The notes under the pieces were generated by a model. The model searched no databases. It was given only the letters and a program-made list of their open reading frames with translations, and was not told the DNA's origin. A program made the position numbers and the translations under genes. Positions 35,963-49,170 of a stretch of DNA of 64,000 nt are shown here, piece after piece (the stretch's first letter is position 1; the number at the start of each line of letters is the position of its first letter). This DNA is from Podarcis filfolensis (lineage: Eukaryota), in assembly GCA_964270895.1 (NCBI GenBank), contig OZ185445.1. One strand, written 5' to 3'.

Positions 35963-38900
35963 AGGGGTTTCAGGTTTATTAGGGATTGAGATATTCTAAA
36001 TGTAGAATGTGTGAAAATCTCTGTGTTCATTTACTCCCCCCACCTAAATAAACAAATAAGGAGACAATTGTGGGGGTGTGCTCTGGAGTCTCTCCAAACC
36101 TTCAGAGCAGATGGGGGGGCATGCAGGAGGCCCATGGGGGAAGGAGAAGGAAGGAAAGTTCCATTGTGCGACCAGAAGTTGTTCTGCTCATACAATGACT
36201 TCACTGAATTAAACCCTTTGACCTTCATTTCAATAATCCTGTGGTACCATATTTATCCATAATATTCTTAATGGTATCTTATCATAATCTGTAATGACAA
36301 CATTCATAGTGCATTTTCCAGTGCAGAAATTCTTAACGTCAGGGCACTAATAATCTAACTAGAATGACTGAAATTTGTGCTACATGGTCTCGGAGACTTT
36401 TGAAACTCTGCTCTCTCCATGTCAGGGAGGTGCATTCCTTTCAAAATCTGGCCAATTCACAAAGGTCCCAGGGCTACAGACACACAATGCTATGTATTCA
36501 TTGCCTGTGGACAATGGACCACAGCAGATATTTTAGCTTGCAGCCCTTCAGCAAATGATAGGAAGCTAGTGGGATGCCACAGCTAATTGAAACCATTGGG
36601 TAATTTAGGGGAACAGAACACAATAACTCAAAGCGGTATCTGATTTAGAAGATGTCTGTCCTCTACTTGCAAAGTATATCACAGTCACCTTACAAATCAC
36701 AAGAATCCGCTTTTTGAAACATATTTCTTACATACATCATAGCACTTAAAACAGTACAGATGTCACTTGGGGCACTGGAGCATGCCAGGCCACTGGGGTT
36801 AGTACTGACTCAGAGGAAAGAGCAAATCAACAGCATAACTTTCGTGTAGCACCTGGCTTTCCCTTGGCCATGTTTTGAACAGGCTTGACCTTGTTTAGTT
36901 TGTGAGATCTGATGAGGTCAAAGCCCAGGGTGGAATGAATGTTTCCAGAGAAATCATTCACAAGTGAAGCAAAGAGAATTTAATAACAGTTGCAAAACTA
37001 GAATTATCCATGAGAAAATTGAGAGGCAGACCAAGGAAGCAAGGACGATAACACAGGGAGAAATGGAATGTCAATTAAAAATAGTGGAGGCCAATTTTGG
37101 GAAAGTACTCCCCCCCCCTTTTTTTAATTCCAGCATTTTTTTCAGTAAACAAAAGCAACCACTGTTTCCTACTTTTAAGCAGACTGTTGTTGTTTTATGT
37201 ATGCATATGCAACACTAATAGTTTTGGGTGTTATTTAGGCCTTATTAGTAGCTTTTTTGTGGTTCTGTGAGTTAGACGTTGGCCTCCACAAGTCACTGGT
37301 AAACTGAGGCCTGTTTTGCATGTAACATTTTCAACCATCATTTAAAATTAACCATGGTTTAACATGAATGAGCAGCATGCTGGTTCACACTAGTCAAAAC
37401 TCCCTGATTCACTCCTCCCCTGCTTCCGACTTTGTGAGGGTGGGAAGCAGAGAATGGCTTCTCTCCAAGCAAACCATTTGCAGGAGCCAAAGTCATTGTT
37501 TGTCTGGGAAAGCCAACCTCTCATCTGATGCAAACGTGCATCAGTATGCTACTTGTTGATTTTAAACCACAGTCAATGGTTGGCACCTCCCATACATTTT
37601 GAAATCAGATACAAATACCCAAAGGCAATGAGTTGTGAAGGTCACCTGCATATGTAAGATGGATGGAAGCCACAACTGTACACAGATTAGACCCATTTCT
37701 GGTGTCTGCAAAGAGGACTAATTTGCATCCTTATCAGGGTGTTGCCACCACTGTGCAACACTTTGTATTTTTCTAAAATTACAAATTCCTTATTAATAAT
37801 ATCCATTTTCTCTTCACTGTAGACCTGTTCACACATTAAACAGAGGTACAAGCTATCTCAACACATCTAGATGTATTTGTGCGAAAGAATAGTCACATGT
37901 TAATTTGTAACACTCAACTGTTGTGTACACAGATTGTACACTCAGTCAATGTAATGTGCCAACATCTCTATTCTCTAGCACGTATGGAAATTCTGGTGTT
38001 CTAGACTGATTTAAATGTGTATGTCTGGTAGTTAGCCATCTAAAAATGTATTGTGAATATGTTCCATTAAGATGCTATTGTGAATAATGCTTTTAAAAAA
38101 AAGCTTATATGAAATGTGATTCTTGAGGTTGCAGACCTCATAATGCCTTTTAACCTAAGATGTCAACTTGAAGTTCTCATAATTTAAAGAAAGTGAGGAA
38201 ACATTTAAATTTGCTTTAAACTCAAAGCATCTGAAATTGTTTGCAACAACAACAAAAGTTAATGGAGAAAGAACTTTCTGTGTTTTTCATTAAACCATCT
38301 GATTTTCCTGCCTGTTTTTGATTCCCCACACACCCAAAGACATTTATTTATGTTTTCTAATATTGAGTAATGCTGTTGCAGGAATTCTTTCTTAATCACA
38401 GAATGTGTCATTTGCCCTTGAGCACATTCTATGTGCTCTAAAAATAGAACAGGGCATATTCCACAGGTCATGTAGCATGGCCATTTTGTGACTGGTTGTT
38501 ATAAATAAGGGCTCTGGGGTCAAACCTGTCTTCTCTTTGAAGAGGTTAGAAGGTTTTACCCTGAAAGCAACACCAGCCCCAAGCCTCAATAACCACTTCC
38601 CGAAAGGATTTTGTGGGCAAGACGGAGATAAATGGCACATCAAATGTCATCTTATATAAACCCATTTGGAAAAGAAAAGAAAAGATCAGGAAATAGGATC
38701 CCTTTTGCAGGGGAAGAAATACAATTTTTCAGATGGTCTCTTTTAGGGAATATTTCAAAAGCTGTTTTGCTGTCTTTCTATATAAAAAGTCTGCGTCAAT
38801 GGTCGAATTGTATTTAGAGGAAGCAAATCACTTAGTTCTTTTTTTAAAAAAAAAGTATACAAAGTGATCTGGACAGAGGGTTGCTTTTGTCTTTTCTGTT

Positions 38901-40092
38901 CTAGTGTTCAACTGTGTGCCAAAGTGTTTAACAATCACAATACATGCTCATCAGCATGCAAGAGCATAAAGCAACTTGTCCTTTTGCTCAGCTGTTGGAA
39001 CCCAGTTTTGCTCTCCCCTTCCATGCTAGAGGCCAACTCCAAGTGTTACAAAGGGGACTCAGGCAGTCTGAGGACCTGTTCTCCCGAGGCTTGCAAACAG
39101 GTTCACCTCATGAAGTTTCCTCTGGCTTTCACTGCTGGCCAAGGGGTAAATTTCCCAGCTCAGGTGTGGATCTTCTGGAAGTGAGCTGTGGAGTGATATG
39201 GTTCAATCCCCGAGAACATCTCTGTACATGTCAAAACCACACATCCCTCAAAACACAGGATCATAGCACCTGTGGAGATGGTGTGTTGCTAAAAAAGAAG
39301 TTAGATTTTCTGCAGTAAGGAACAAGACAGAGAACTTACTGGGATGTCAGGAGATGATTGCAAATATATGATGATGCCATCTGGAACTCTTGTAAAATAT
39401 GAATGAATATATAACCACCCTATGTGGAGGAAGCCTGAGCAACCAGAGAAGCAGTAATGCTTTTTAATTGAATGTTTTAAATAAGAGGCATGTCCATTGG
39501 TTTCTTTTCCTGTGAGACTGGAGTTGTCAACAGGTCACTTTTCTAGGTCATTTTTTCTTTTCCTTTTTTAATAAATACAGGGAAGTGCCAAAATATAAAC
39601 AGATTCTTCTGGTCTTTTCTTTCTGCTCTGGCAGCTATGTAACCCAAGACAAATAAGCTTAAAAGAAACTGAGTAGCACATCCCCACAGACAGTAACAGG
39701 CAAGTGCAGTCGAGTCCCCGAGTGAAGTTGGTAGCTGTAACTACCTGTACTTGAAATTGCTCTGCACAAATTAAGATCTGTGATATGCAGAGATTAAGTG
39801 GGCATAAATTACTTGTAAAAATTTTTGTTTTATATGGTGGTCTTTAAGAAATATGCCCTGACCTCCATGCACATATCCCTTGCTTGAAGCAGAATTCTGC
39901 ATACAAATGAGTGCTGCAGATAATTCTCCAGCCTGATCCTGCAGTCAGAGCCGCACATACATTGCCTAGTAAACAAAGCTGGAATCCTGTCAATCAACAA
40001 CTTGGGTGAGGAAGTAAAGGGCCCTGCTAAACATTCCTCACCAAACCCCTGACCAGTGATAACCCATCTTCTTTGACAGGCTACACCTGTAT

Positions 40093-40144
40093 TAAGAAAA
40101 TAGAAAGAGCTCTTCTGGTTCAGGCCAAAGGACTATCTAGTCCA
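40093..40144 (-). mobile_element. CR1 3' end remnant abutting a hAT-like fragment (CAGGAGTGCCCAAACTT from 40143)
   Basis: AGAGCTCTTCTGGTTCAGGCCAAAGGACTATCTAGTCCAG. Confidence 0.5.
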
Positions 40145-41461
40145 GGAGTGCCCAAACTTTTTTCAAAGAGGGCCAGATTTGATGAAGTGAACATGTGTGA
40201 GGGCTGACCAAAGTTGTTGAGCTTTTTCTTTACAATTTTACCACAAAGTTGTTGAGCTTTTTCAAGAATTGATGTTTACCCCAAAGTTGTTGAGCTTTTC
40301 TTAGGATTGAAATAAATCCACAGATATATGGCTAAACCTCATCTCAAGGGTGGGGGACCCTGTAGCCCTCCAGAGGCTGGTTGGTTGGTTGGTTGGTTGG
40401 TTTTACTCTAACTCCCATCAGCCCTAGCCAGCATGGCCAATGGCCAGAGATGGTGTGAGTTACAGTCCAGCAATATATGAATGACCAGAGGCTCCCCATC
40501 CCTGCCTTGTGTGCTCTTGAATGTTGAAAAATGGTCTAGCAAATGAAGTTTCTGACCTGCAGCTGCATAGTGGAATCAGGATCACTAATCGATTTTTATT
40601 GCTTAATCAAACTGAGCAGAGCAGAAGTATAAATGGGAGGGAGGGAATTCTTTCTGTGAATACTGAATAGTTTTATTCTCTCTTTTTTAAGAAGAAGAAA
40701 AAAAAAAGCTTGGACAGTACAGCAGCTGCTCATAAAAGCTATGGAGGCACTTTATAACAGGCACTTAGACACAGTTGACCTAAGGTAAATATTTTAATCT
40801 TTTATACACAGAGTTGAAGTTCAACCAAATTGTAACCTGCTATGTTTTTCCATGGCACCGTATTCTGTTATCCTTTTCGTGGCATATTATTTAGTAAATC
40901 CTTGTATTGCAAAGATGTTGAGGTAAAGAAAGTTGATTTTTGACATGAATAGTCAACCTCTCATCCTGACATCTTGATACTTATCTAGGAAATCAATACG
41001 AGCCTTAAAAGAAGGGACTGTGATGTTGCTTATTATTACAAAGTACAACCATTCATTTATCCTCTCACTTGTTAAGTGGGTACGTGGCAAAAGTCCAGAC
41101 CTCGAGGCGAGTCATATTCTTACAAGGCTAGGTTAAAGCAAGGCAACATAAAATAAAGTAAATGGGAAATTATGCAGATTCTGAGGGAACATATGAACAT
41201 AAGAATCAAGGCTCAGAATAGCCCTCTTCCACATAATCAAGGTGCAGCGGGGCTGGCTGCTGGCCCTAACCCTGAAGCTACGCAGTTTTCTCACCTTGCC
41301 CTCAAAGTCCATGTGTTCGGCTTGTATATCTGCAGCAGATAAACCCATGCTTATAGAGGCACCCATACATACACTCCCATGTGTTTAATTGATGTAAAAA
41401 AGAAAAGGCAGCAGGAAGTCTGCTGGTGAGACCTCAGTATTTTTTCTATACAGCAATGATT

Positions 41462-41750
41462 AAAGGTAAAGGTAAGGTAAAGGACCCCTGGACGGTTAAG
41501 TCCAGTCAAAGGCAACTATGGGCTTGTGGCGTTCATCTTGCTTCAGGCCGAGGAAGCCGGTGTTTGTCCACAGACAGCTTTCCGGGTCATGTGGCCAGCA
41601 TGACTAAACCGCTTCTGGAGCAACTGAACATCGTGAAGGAAACCTGAGTGCATGGAAATGCTGTTTACCTTCCTGCTGCAGCATACCTATTTATCTACTT
41701 GCACTGGCATGCTTTCGAACTGCTAGGTTGGCAGGAGCTGAGACAGAGCA
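41462..41750 (-). mobile_element. 5'-truncated Sauria SINE
   Basis: (ACCTTT)n tail and body homologous to 34878 and 48812; tRNA head absent. Confidence 0.88.
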
Positions 41751-42624
41751 TCTGTGACCCTGCAGATACTGTTGGAACTTCCATCATTCCAGATCATTGC
41801 CCATGCTGGCTTGGGCTGATGGTAACTGAAGGGCAACAGTTTCCTCACCTCTACTGTACAATACCAGTTTTATGTCAGCTTCATCCACTGGTTGAACAGC
41901 TTTAAAGCCCTAAGTAGTTTAGGTTGAGGACATCTGAAATCATGTCTCAGCACACGTCCTACCAACCACATGCCATTATCATCAAGGGAGGCCCTGTTAT
42001 GCATCCTTCTGCTTTATGAGGTGTGGGGAACAGGGGTGTTTGATGCAGACTTTTTATAGAATTGTCTAGGCTATGGAATTCACTGGACCAAAGCGATCAT
42101 CCTCACTTTGTGTGTTCAGGCATCAGGTTTACATGTACTGTCTGGGAGGAGGACATGATTTATACAACTAGGATACAAAACCTGTTTATGATCCATGAAT
42201 CATCACATATTGACCCAGGATTAGACTTATTTTTTATTTAAACAGGTTTTCCCAACCATGCAACCTTCATTTTGAACTTATTATTCTGGTGTTTTGTTGT
42301 AGATATATGATATTTATTATTTTACATTGTTCACTGCTTTGCTCACCGTGTGTTTTATGATCAGCGGTATACAAATGTAAGTAAATAAAGAAATACACTG
42401 ATGTCTGAATCAGGTCTACCTGTCTCTGTCTCAGGGATACGTCAAAAGCATACCTGTCTCTGTCTCTGTCTCAGGGATACGTCAAAAGCATACACAATTA
42501 CACATTGTAGCCAGTTCTGGGTTTACCTATAGGACACATGTCTTCGCAGTTATGTTGGTCACAGACAGGACCAAAGTATATGTAACAGGTAGCAGCAGAT
42601 AACATGCTGGGATGGTTGATGATG

Positions 42625-43010
42625 ATTATTATTTTATTTATTTTTATTTATTGAATTTACTGTATATACTGCCCTATACCTAGAGGTCTCAGGGTGGTTC
42701 ACAGAAAAGATCAACATAAAAACCACAATATATATACAGTGGACGCTCGGGTTGTGAATGTGATCTGTGCGGGAGGCGCGTTTGCAACCCACAGCGCCAT
42801 GTCTGTGGATGTATGGGTCACGATTTGGCACTTCTGTGCATGCGCAAAGTGCGATTTAGCGCTTCTGCACATGCGCAAGCGCCAAAACCTGGAAGTAACC
42901 CGTTTTGGTACTTCTGGGTTCGGCGCGGTGCGCCACCTGAAATCACGCAACCCGAAGCATCTGTAACCCAAGGTATGACTGTATAATCAAAATAAAAACA
43001 ACAACCCAAT
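42625..43010 (-). mobile_element. L2-type 3' UTR remnant split by a MITE
   Basis: Both flanks match the copy at 10000-10159. Confidence 0.75.
42737..42981. mobile_element. Tc1/mariner MITE, divergent subfamily
   Basis: TA-CAGTGGACGCTCGGGTT...AACCCAAGGTATGACTG-TA. Confidence 0.82.
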
Positions 43011-44659
43011 AAAAGCCCCCCGCCCCCAAAAGAGCCATGTTTTAAAAGGGCATAGGACATCAATCAGATCAACTTGGTTAAAAAGGAGCCTGGATGAACT
43101 CACCTGACCTCCTGACGGATGAGTCACTTGTGGGGGGAGGGGAGATTGACACAGTGCAAACACACTGGCAGTGCCAATGCAGAATCTCCTGCTGGTGCAC
43201 TTGCACTGTACAGATATCCCTGCCACCTCACCCTCTCCTTCCCAGCAAGCAGTAGTGACCCAGCTGTCAGGAGGTCAGCAGCCACCACCCCATTATGCCA
43301 TCATCATTCCCTCCCTGTCCCATTCTCATATAAAGCAGTGTATATGTGTGAGTGTGGGTGTCTTACTTTAAAAGAAAAAGAAGCGTCTAGTCAAAGGGCG
43401 CTGGACCCTCTCTCCTCCTGCACTCTTTTAACTATGAAAGAAAGCTCTGCAACCACTTTATGTGCATGCAGGGTCAAAAGAAACACCTCTCCACCACCAT
43501 CACTTTTCCATTTTAAGGTGTTCACTTTAATATACGCTGTTGGAAGAAATAATGTAAATACAGTGTTTTAAAATCCCTGAGAATTCCCCCCCCCCCATTA
43601 TTATTAACTGCAAACTTTATTGTATCATCCACTGTTTTTACATTTCTTTTATTGCACAAGGCCATGAACTTAGCCTCTCTTTCAGTAAGCTGGAAAAAGA
43701 AACGAAAGTCATCTCCATTGTGAACTTATCCTGACAAACAATGTCAGGCCCTCAGCCTCAATATATCAGTGTCACTCACTCGGCACTCACCCAGCAAGTA
43801 AGCTGCTGTTGGATTTAGCCTTCAAAAGCTCCTCATTGTTTGACAAGTTAGAAAAGGTGGCGATACTGCAAGTAATTGGAGGCCCACAACTCCCTCCCTG
43901 GAGGTGGTCCTGTCCTTAAACTAAACCCTGGCCATCTCTAAGTAAAGCACCTTAATTGGCAGTGTGGTTACTATGACTGTTCCTTCCACTCCTCCAAAGG
44001 CAGATGTTGAAGAGAAGGCATGAGTGGAAAGGAAATTGGGACAATATGGTGCAGAGATTAAATGCTGTTATCTCAAATCATGCTGGGGTATTTTGTTTCA
44101 AGCCGCCTTTGAGTTTAGGCTCACCTCTCTCATTTTTCGTTCTCTTTCCAGGCACTCTAGCTATTAATTAACATGCATGCACCAGCTGCGTTCCAGAGGA
44201 GCTAATAGCACACCCACAAGAAATAGTTGTGTCACAGTCAGGGTTTTTAACCTTCATTACTGCACAAGCTTGTCTTCTGCATATTAAGGGTGACTTATAA
44301 TTTCAGCTTTAGAAGCCAAGGTACAAGGACCCCAGCACCCAATACTCTGAGTTACTGCCGCAGCTAAATAGCTCAACAGATCAGCTGGCAAAGCTAATGA
44401 GTGCTGGATGGGCAAAAAAAAGCATGTGCTTTCTTCTATCAGGAGGCTTTGACTCAACAGTGAATGCAATGATCAAATGGATAAATTGCCATAGCTTGGG
44501 TTCCTGCCATTTCAAACAGACAAGCATCTCCTGCTAATCAATTGGAAAGCCTTTGAATGCTGTGGACACCTACCTGTTGCAGTGATGGGACATTTGTCTC
44601 TGGCACCAGGTTTTTAGAGGAGCCACCTGTTGAGAGAGAAATGGTAGGAGGAGGTAGTA

Positions 44660-44910
44660 GAAGAAGAAGAAGAAGAGTTTGGATTTGATATCCCGCCTTT
44701 CACTCCCTTTAAGGAGTCTCAAAGCGGCTAACATTCTCCTTTCCCTTCCTCCCCCACAACAAACACTCTGTGAGGTGAGTGGGGCTGAGAGACTTCAAAG
44801 AAGTGTGACTGGCCCAAGGTCACCCAGCAGCTGCATGTGGAGGAGCGGAGACGCGAACCCTGTTCCCCAGATTACGAGACTACCGCTCTTAACCACTACA
44901 CCACACTGGC
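44660..44910 (-). mobile_element. Squam3-type CORE-SINE with (CTT)n tail
   Basis: Minus strand reads GCCAGTGTGGTGTAGTGGTTAAGAGC (A box)...GGGTGACCTTGGGCCAGTCAC (CORE)...(CTT)n, about 250 bp. Confidence 0.88.
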
Positions 44911-45933
44911 TCACAGTTCTCAAAGATGGGGGGGGTTAAGAAATCAATGGGCAGTGAGATGTGTTCTGGGATGGACAGGCAGCAGGAAGAAGGGGGAAAA
45001 TCATATGTCTCAGAGTCAGAGGAAAAGGCAGCATTAACCCTGACACAATTCTCTATACCCAACTAAATTCCTGTGACCAGTCCTGTACCTGTACATGCAT
45101 GCTTAACCATGGTAACATCTCCAAACATCTGGAATTCAGAATACCATTATAGACCTGAGTTCAAGGATTCAGAAAGGAGAAGAGCAGTGCTAACCAGGAC
45201 TCACGGATGAGTGGGGAAGGGCACTTTACAGGACCAGTCTTGATGGCCATCCCAGCATGACAGAATGGTGAGACTAAATTGTACACCAATTGAAGATTAT
45301 TGAGGAAAACTTGCAAAATCTTGAAAGATCTTATGAGCTGATTTCCGGCAGCCAGTCAAAGGCATTGTCAAAACAAAACAAGCTGCTTTCTGAACAGTGA
45401 GCTGCTGGCACAAGTCCTCTCGGGCTTTGAGGTGCAAGGAGATAGACTACGAAATCTATAGATCAGGACATTGCATTTTGGGTAAGTTAAGCTGGTGGGT
45501 GGCCATTGAGGATGGAAGTTGAGTTTGGCTCCCATTTAAATGTGGCGCTGCTGCCCTTCCCTCCTAAGAGGCAGTCCAGGGGACCAGCAAGGAGGGCAGG
45601 GAGTGGTGGTGTTGCTGCTGCCATGGCAGATGAAAAAAAATACTGTGCAGATGATGAAGTGGAGATCCACTGACACCACTGTGCCAGGGCTTTCTGAAGT
45701 CTGGTCCGAGCTCCATAGTTTCTGCAGGCATTTTTTGGACAGAGGCAAGGTGGGCCAACAGGATGTGGCAGCAGGGAAGGGCAAGCCTCATAATAGCAAG
45801 GGAAACTGTGAACTCAGAAGCAGCAGAAGCTAGTGGAAAATGAGAAGATTTACAGGCTCAAGAACATACGTTAGGTCTCTTGACTCCAGAGCATGAGGAA
45901 GAACTGACACTAGGGACACTAGGGAATCATGAT

Positions 45934-46102
45934 CAGGGCCGGTTCTACCATTAGGTTAAGTGAAGCGGCCAACTCTGACACTGCTTTCGGGTGTCATGAT
46001 TTATTACTTCTTAAATTTATTGTTGTTGTAAAGTTACTCGCAAAGAGAGGCACTTGTGAGACATTCTGCCTCAAGAGCCAAGTAACTCAATAATCTGCCC
46101 CT
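45934..46102. mobile_element. Old MITE (CAGGGCCGG end); homolog at about 13516-13915
   Basis: Shares CCATTAGGT...GTCATGA and GAGAGG..CTTGTG...CTGCCTCA blocks with the 13.5-13.9 kb copy. Confidence 0.5.
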
Positions 46103-46584
46103 TTAGTTTGGTGCAGGGAGATACCATTTGCTGTTCCACTTTTGCTTCAAACAGCAATGTATTGAGCTGTGTGTACACTACCAGCTTAAAATGCATCTTG
46201 GTCATTCTTTTTCTCAATTTGGCTCAAAGCTGGTTTGGGGAAAACACATCAAAATGCAGTATTTCATAAGGAACTACGGAATAGATACAAATTATGGATA
46301 GTGTCATGTGTACACTGCTTCCCAAACCAGCAGTGGGGGTTCACTGGATACAAAGTAAACAGGAACATGCACACAGCCTTAGCCTTAGTGTGTTCATGAA
46401 TATGATCCTCTGCATGCTTCTCTGGAAATAAAATCTCCTTATTTTAGGTTGCAATGTGTCTATTACACAAGTGAACTGAGAATGCTTGATGGGGACTTGT
46501 TCAAGGACTCCAGCAAGACTATTGAAGAGACATAATTTGAACTTGGACCCTGGTCAAGTTATCCTGGTCGATATATTTCATATA

Positions 46585-46826
46585 CATTGGGACCTCGGGT
46601 TAAGAACTTAATTCGTTCCGGAGGTTCGTTCTTAACCTGAAACTGTTCTTAACCTGAAGCACCACTTTGGCTAATGGGGCCTCCTGTTGCTGTCGTGCCG
46701 CCGGAGCATGATTTCTGTTCTCATCCTGAAGCAAAGTTCTTAACCCGAGGTAATATTTCTGGCTAAGCGGAGTCTGTAACCTGAAGTGTATGTAACCTGA
46801 AGCGTATGTAACCCGAGGTACCACTG
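46585..46826 (+). mobile_element. Tc1/mariner MITE, 242-bp subfamily
   Basis: TA-CATTGGGACCTCGGGTTA...TAACCCGAGGTACCACTG-TA. Confidence 0.9.
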
Positions 46827-47421
46827 TATTGATTACATTTCCCCATAAATGCAATAATAATAATAATGCAATGATCTGCTAATGTATTGTATTGTTAATA
46901 GTTGGTTTAGGATTTACCAAGTCAATACCAGAGCCTATTTTCACACTGTCTTTGTCATAAATATCAATATCAAACAAAAGAGTGTACAGTTGGTGTATTG
47001 CAAGGACCAGCCATAGTAACACATATGGAAATACAATGTGCAGGCCTTGGAAGCATAATAAATGGGTGTTTTTTAAAAAAAGAAAGAGGTCATTGCACTT
47101 CTTCAAGCAACTGGCTCATGCTGACTTTTCAAAAAATTGCTTTGCATTTGAGCTACCCAAAAATTGATGGTGTCACAATTACCATAGAAGTGCATTAGGG
47201 TAATAGAAATCTTCCCACAATACTGAATATATGCATATATAACTCAGAAAATTATATATATATATCCAGAAATCTTTTCATGAAAAAGGCCTGCAAAAGA
47301 ATGGGTTTCAATTTCTCATATTCTAAATATTACCGTTATTTGGTTATTTGGTTAAATTCATTTATTTTTTGTATTTATAACCCACTTTTCTTTCATCATG
47401 GAAACCAAGGCAGTATATATG

Positions 47422-47485
47422 TGGTTCTCAGGTCCCATCCAGGACTTAACCAGAACCAGCTAACCCTGCTTCACTTTGGCAAGGC
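47422..47485 (-). mobile_element. Degenerate 5S rRNA-derived fragment (5S-headed SINE or pseudogene)
   Basis: TTCTCAGG-TCCCATCCAGGACTTAACCAG..ACCCTGCTT aligns with the 5S reverse complement TTCCCAGG..TCCCATCCAAGTACTAACCAGG..ACCCTGCTT. Confidence 0.55.
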
Positions 47486-48811
47486 CGTGGCTCAGGCTAT
47501 ATCCTGGGACTATAATAGGAACATCTAAGAGCATTTCCAGGGAATGACTGGCATGAGAGCTGATGCCTGAGGGGGAAAATTGGACCCCCTTCAGTGCCAC
47601 CCAGCTCTTTTTGAAGAAGAAAAAAATATGCTTGAAGTTTTAATTATTTAATTAATTAATTATGGAGTTCCAATTTAAGGTGCAGTTTGTCCTTTTAAAG
47701 ATATGAGATACTTATCTATATTTATACTAGGGTAGCATCAAAGCAGTGTATGGGAGTCCACATTTAAGTCACCACTATTCTGAATTTCCATTTCCCTCAT
47801 ACTCAGCCCTCCAATATGGAGACAACGATCATGATTATACTGATGTTGTTGTAAATATTATTATATTTATTTATATCCTGCCTTCTTCCCTGATGGGACT
47901 CAATGAAGCTTACAGATAAAAGCAAGGACTGCTAAAAATGTAGAAAGAACAATAATGTAAAAACAATTAAAATGTGCAGGTGCTGGGAGCATGGCTGCTG
48001 GGTGCCAATGCTGGAGTCTCAACTAACTGATATGATTTCAATGGGACTTGGTAGTCACTAACTTTTGTTAGATAATTTTTTGGGTAAATAGGATGCAATC
48101 AGTGCCTATCTGTGTTGGAATGAACAAATATGGGCCTTTCAACTTGTGAATGTCAGAGGCATGGCCAGCAGGCACAATCCTCTCTCTGGCTCTGTCCTGA
48201 TCCACACATCATATTAAACTAGTTTTAAAAATAAATAAATGATGGTTTAATGTGAATGCAGAGTGTGATGGTACACACTACCAAAATATTTTCAGTCCAC
48301 TGCTAGCCTGCCCCTGTTGTAGTTGCACAACCGGGAAACAAACCAGAGCCAGGAATGTCAAGACATCTGAACCTGGAGTTGTGATGTGTTCCTCTCCTAA
48401 CAAACCACAAACAGCAATCCAGGTTTATTACTGGCTTGCTGCTTATAGTTTGTTTGAGGGAAACAAACCATGAGCCCAGGGTCAAACATCATGGCAAGCC
48501 AGGCACTGACCTTTTCCCCAATGGCCCAGTAGTAGCAAGAGTGAGAGAGGAATGGAGCAAAAACTTTTTAAGCATTGTGTGTTCATAAGAAACCATAGTT
48601 TGTTTTCTAACTATGGTTTAATGTGACATGTGAACTGGACCTCTCTTCCCTCCCCTCTATATATATCACACATACACACACCTTGTTCATATGTGTATGC
48701 TACAAACATAAGCACAGATGTGACAACAGACAGAATTCCTTGTTGTTATTTGTAAGTTTCTGGCGGATCCTTCTCTGCTGTAGTGAATTAACATTAAAAT
48801 ATTAGAAGCCC

Positions 48812-49170
48812 GGGACGCGGGTGGCGCTGTGGGTTAAACCACAGAGACTAGGACTTGCCAATCAGAAGGTCGGCGGTTCAAATCCCCGTGACGGGGTGAG
48901 CTCCCGTTGCTTGGTCCCTGCTCCTGCCAACCTAGCAGTTTGAAAGCACATCAAAGTGCAAGTAGATAAAAGTGCAAGTAGGTACCGCTCCGGCGGGAAG
49001 GTAAACGGTGTTTCCATGCGCTGCTCTGGTTCGCCAGAAGCGGCTTAGTCATGCTGGCCACATGACCCGGAAGCTGTACACCGGCTCCCTCAGCCAGTAA
49101 AGCGAGATGAGCGCCGCAACCCCAGAGTCGGTCACGACTGGACCTAATGGTCAGGGGTCCCTTTACCTTT
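48812..49170 (+). mobile_element. Sauria SINE, full length
   Basis: GGGACGCGGGTGGCGCTGTGG head, GGTTCAAATCC B box, CCTTTACCTTT tail, and perfect TSD ATTAGAAGCCC (48801-48811, 49171-49181). Confidence 0.95.

Noticed and set aside
38555-39320. Possible exons (MTFDVPFISVLP..., SLPEDPHLSWEIYP...)
   Set aside because: Mediocre splice sites and no recognisable product; cannot be supported without RNA data.
40209-40299. CRISPR array
   Set aside because: Vertebrate DNA, only three 18-bp repeats, short related spacers, no cas genes.
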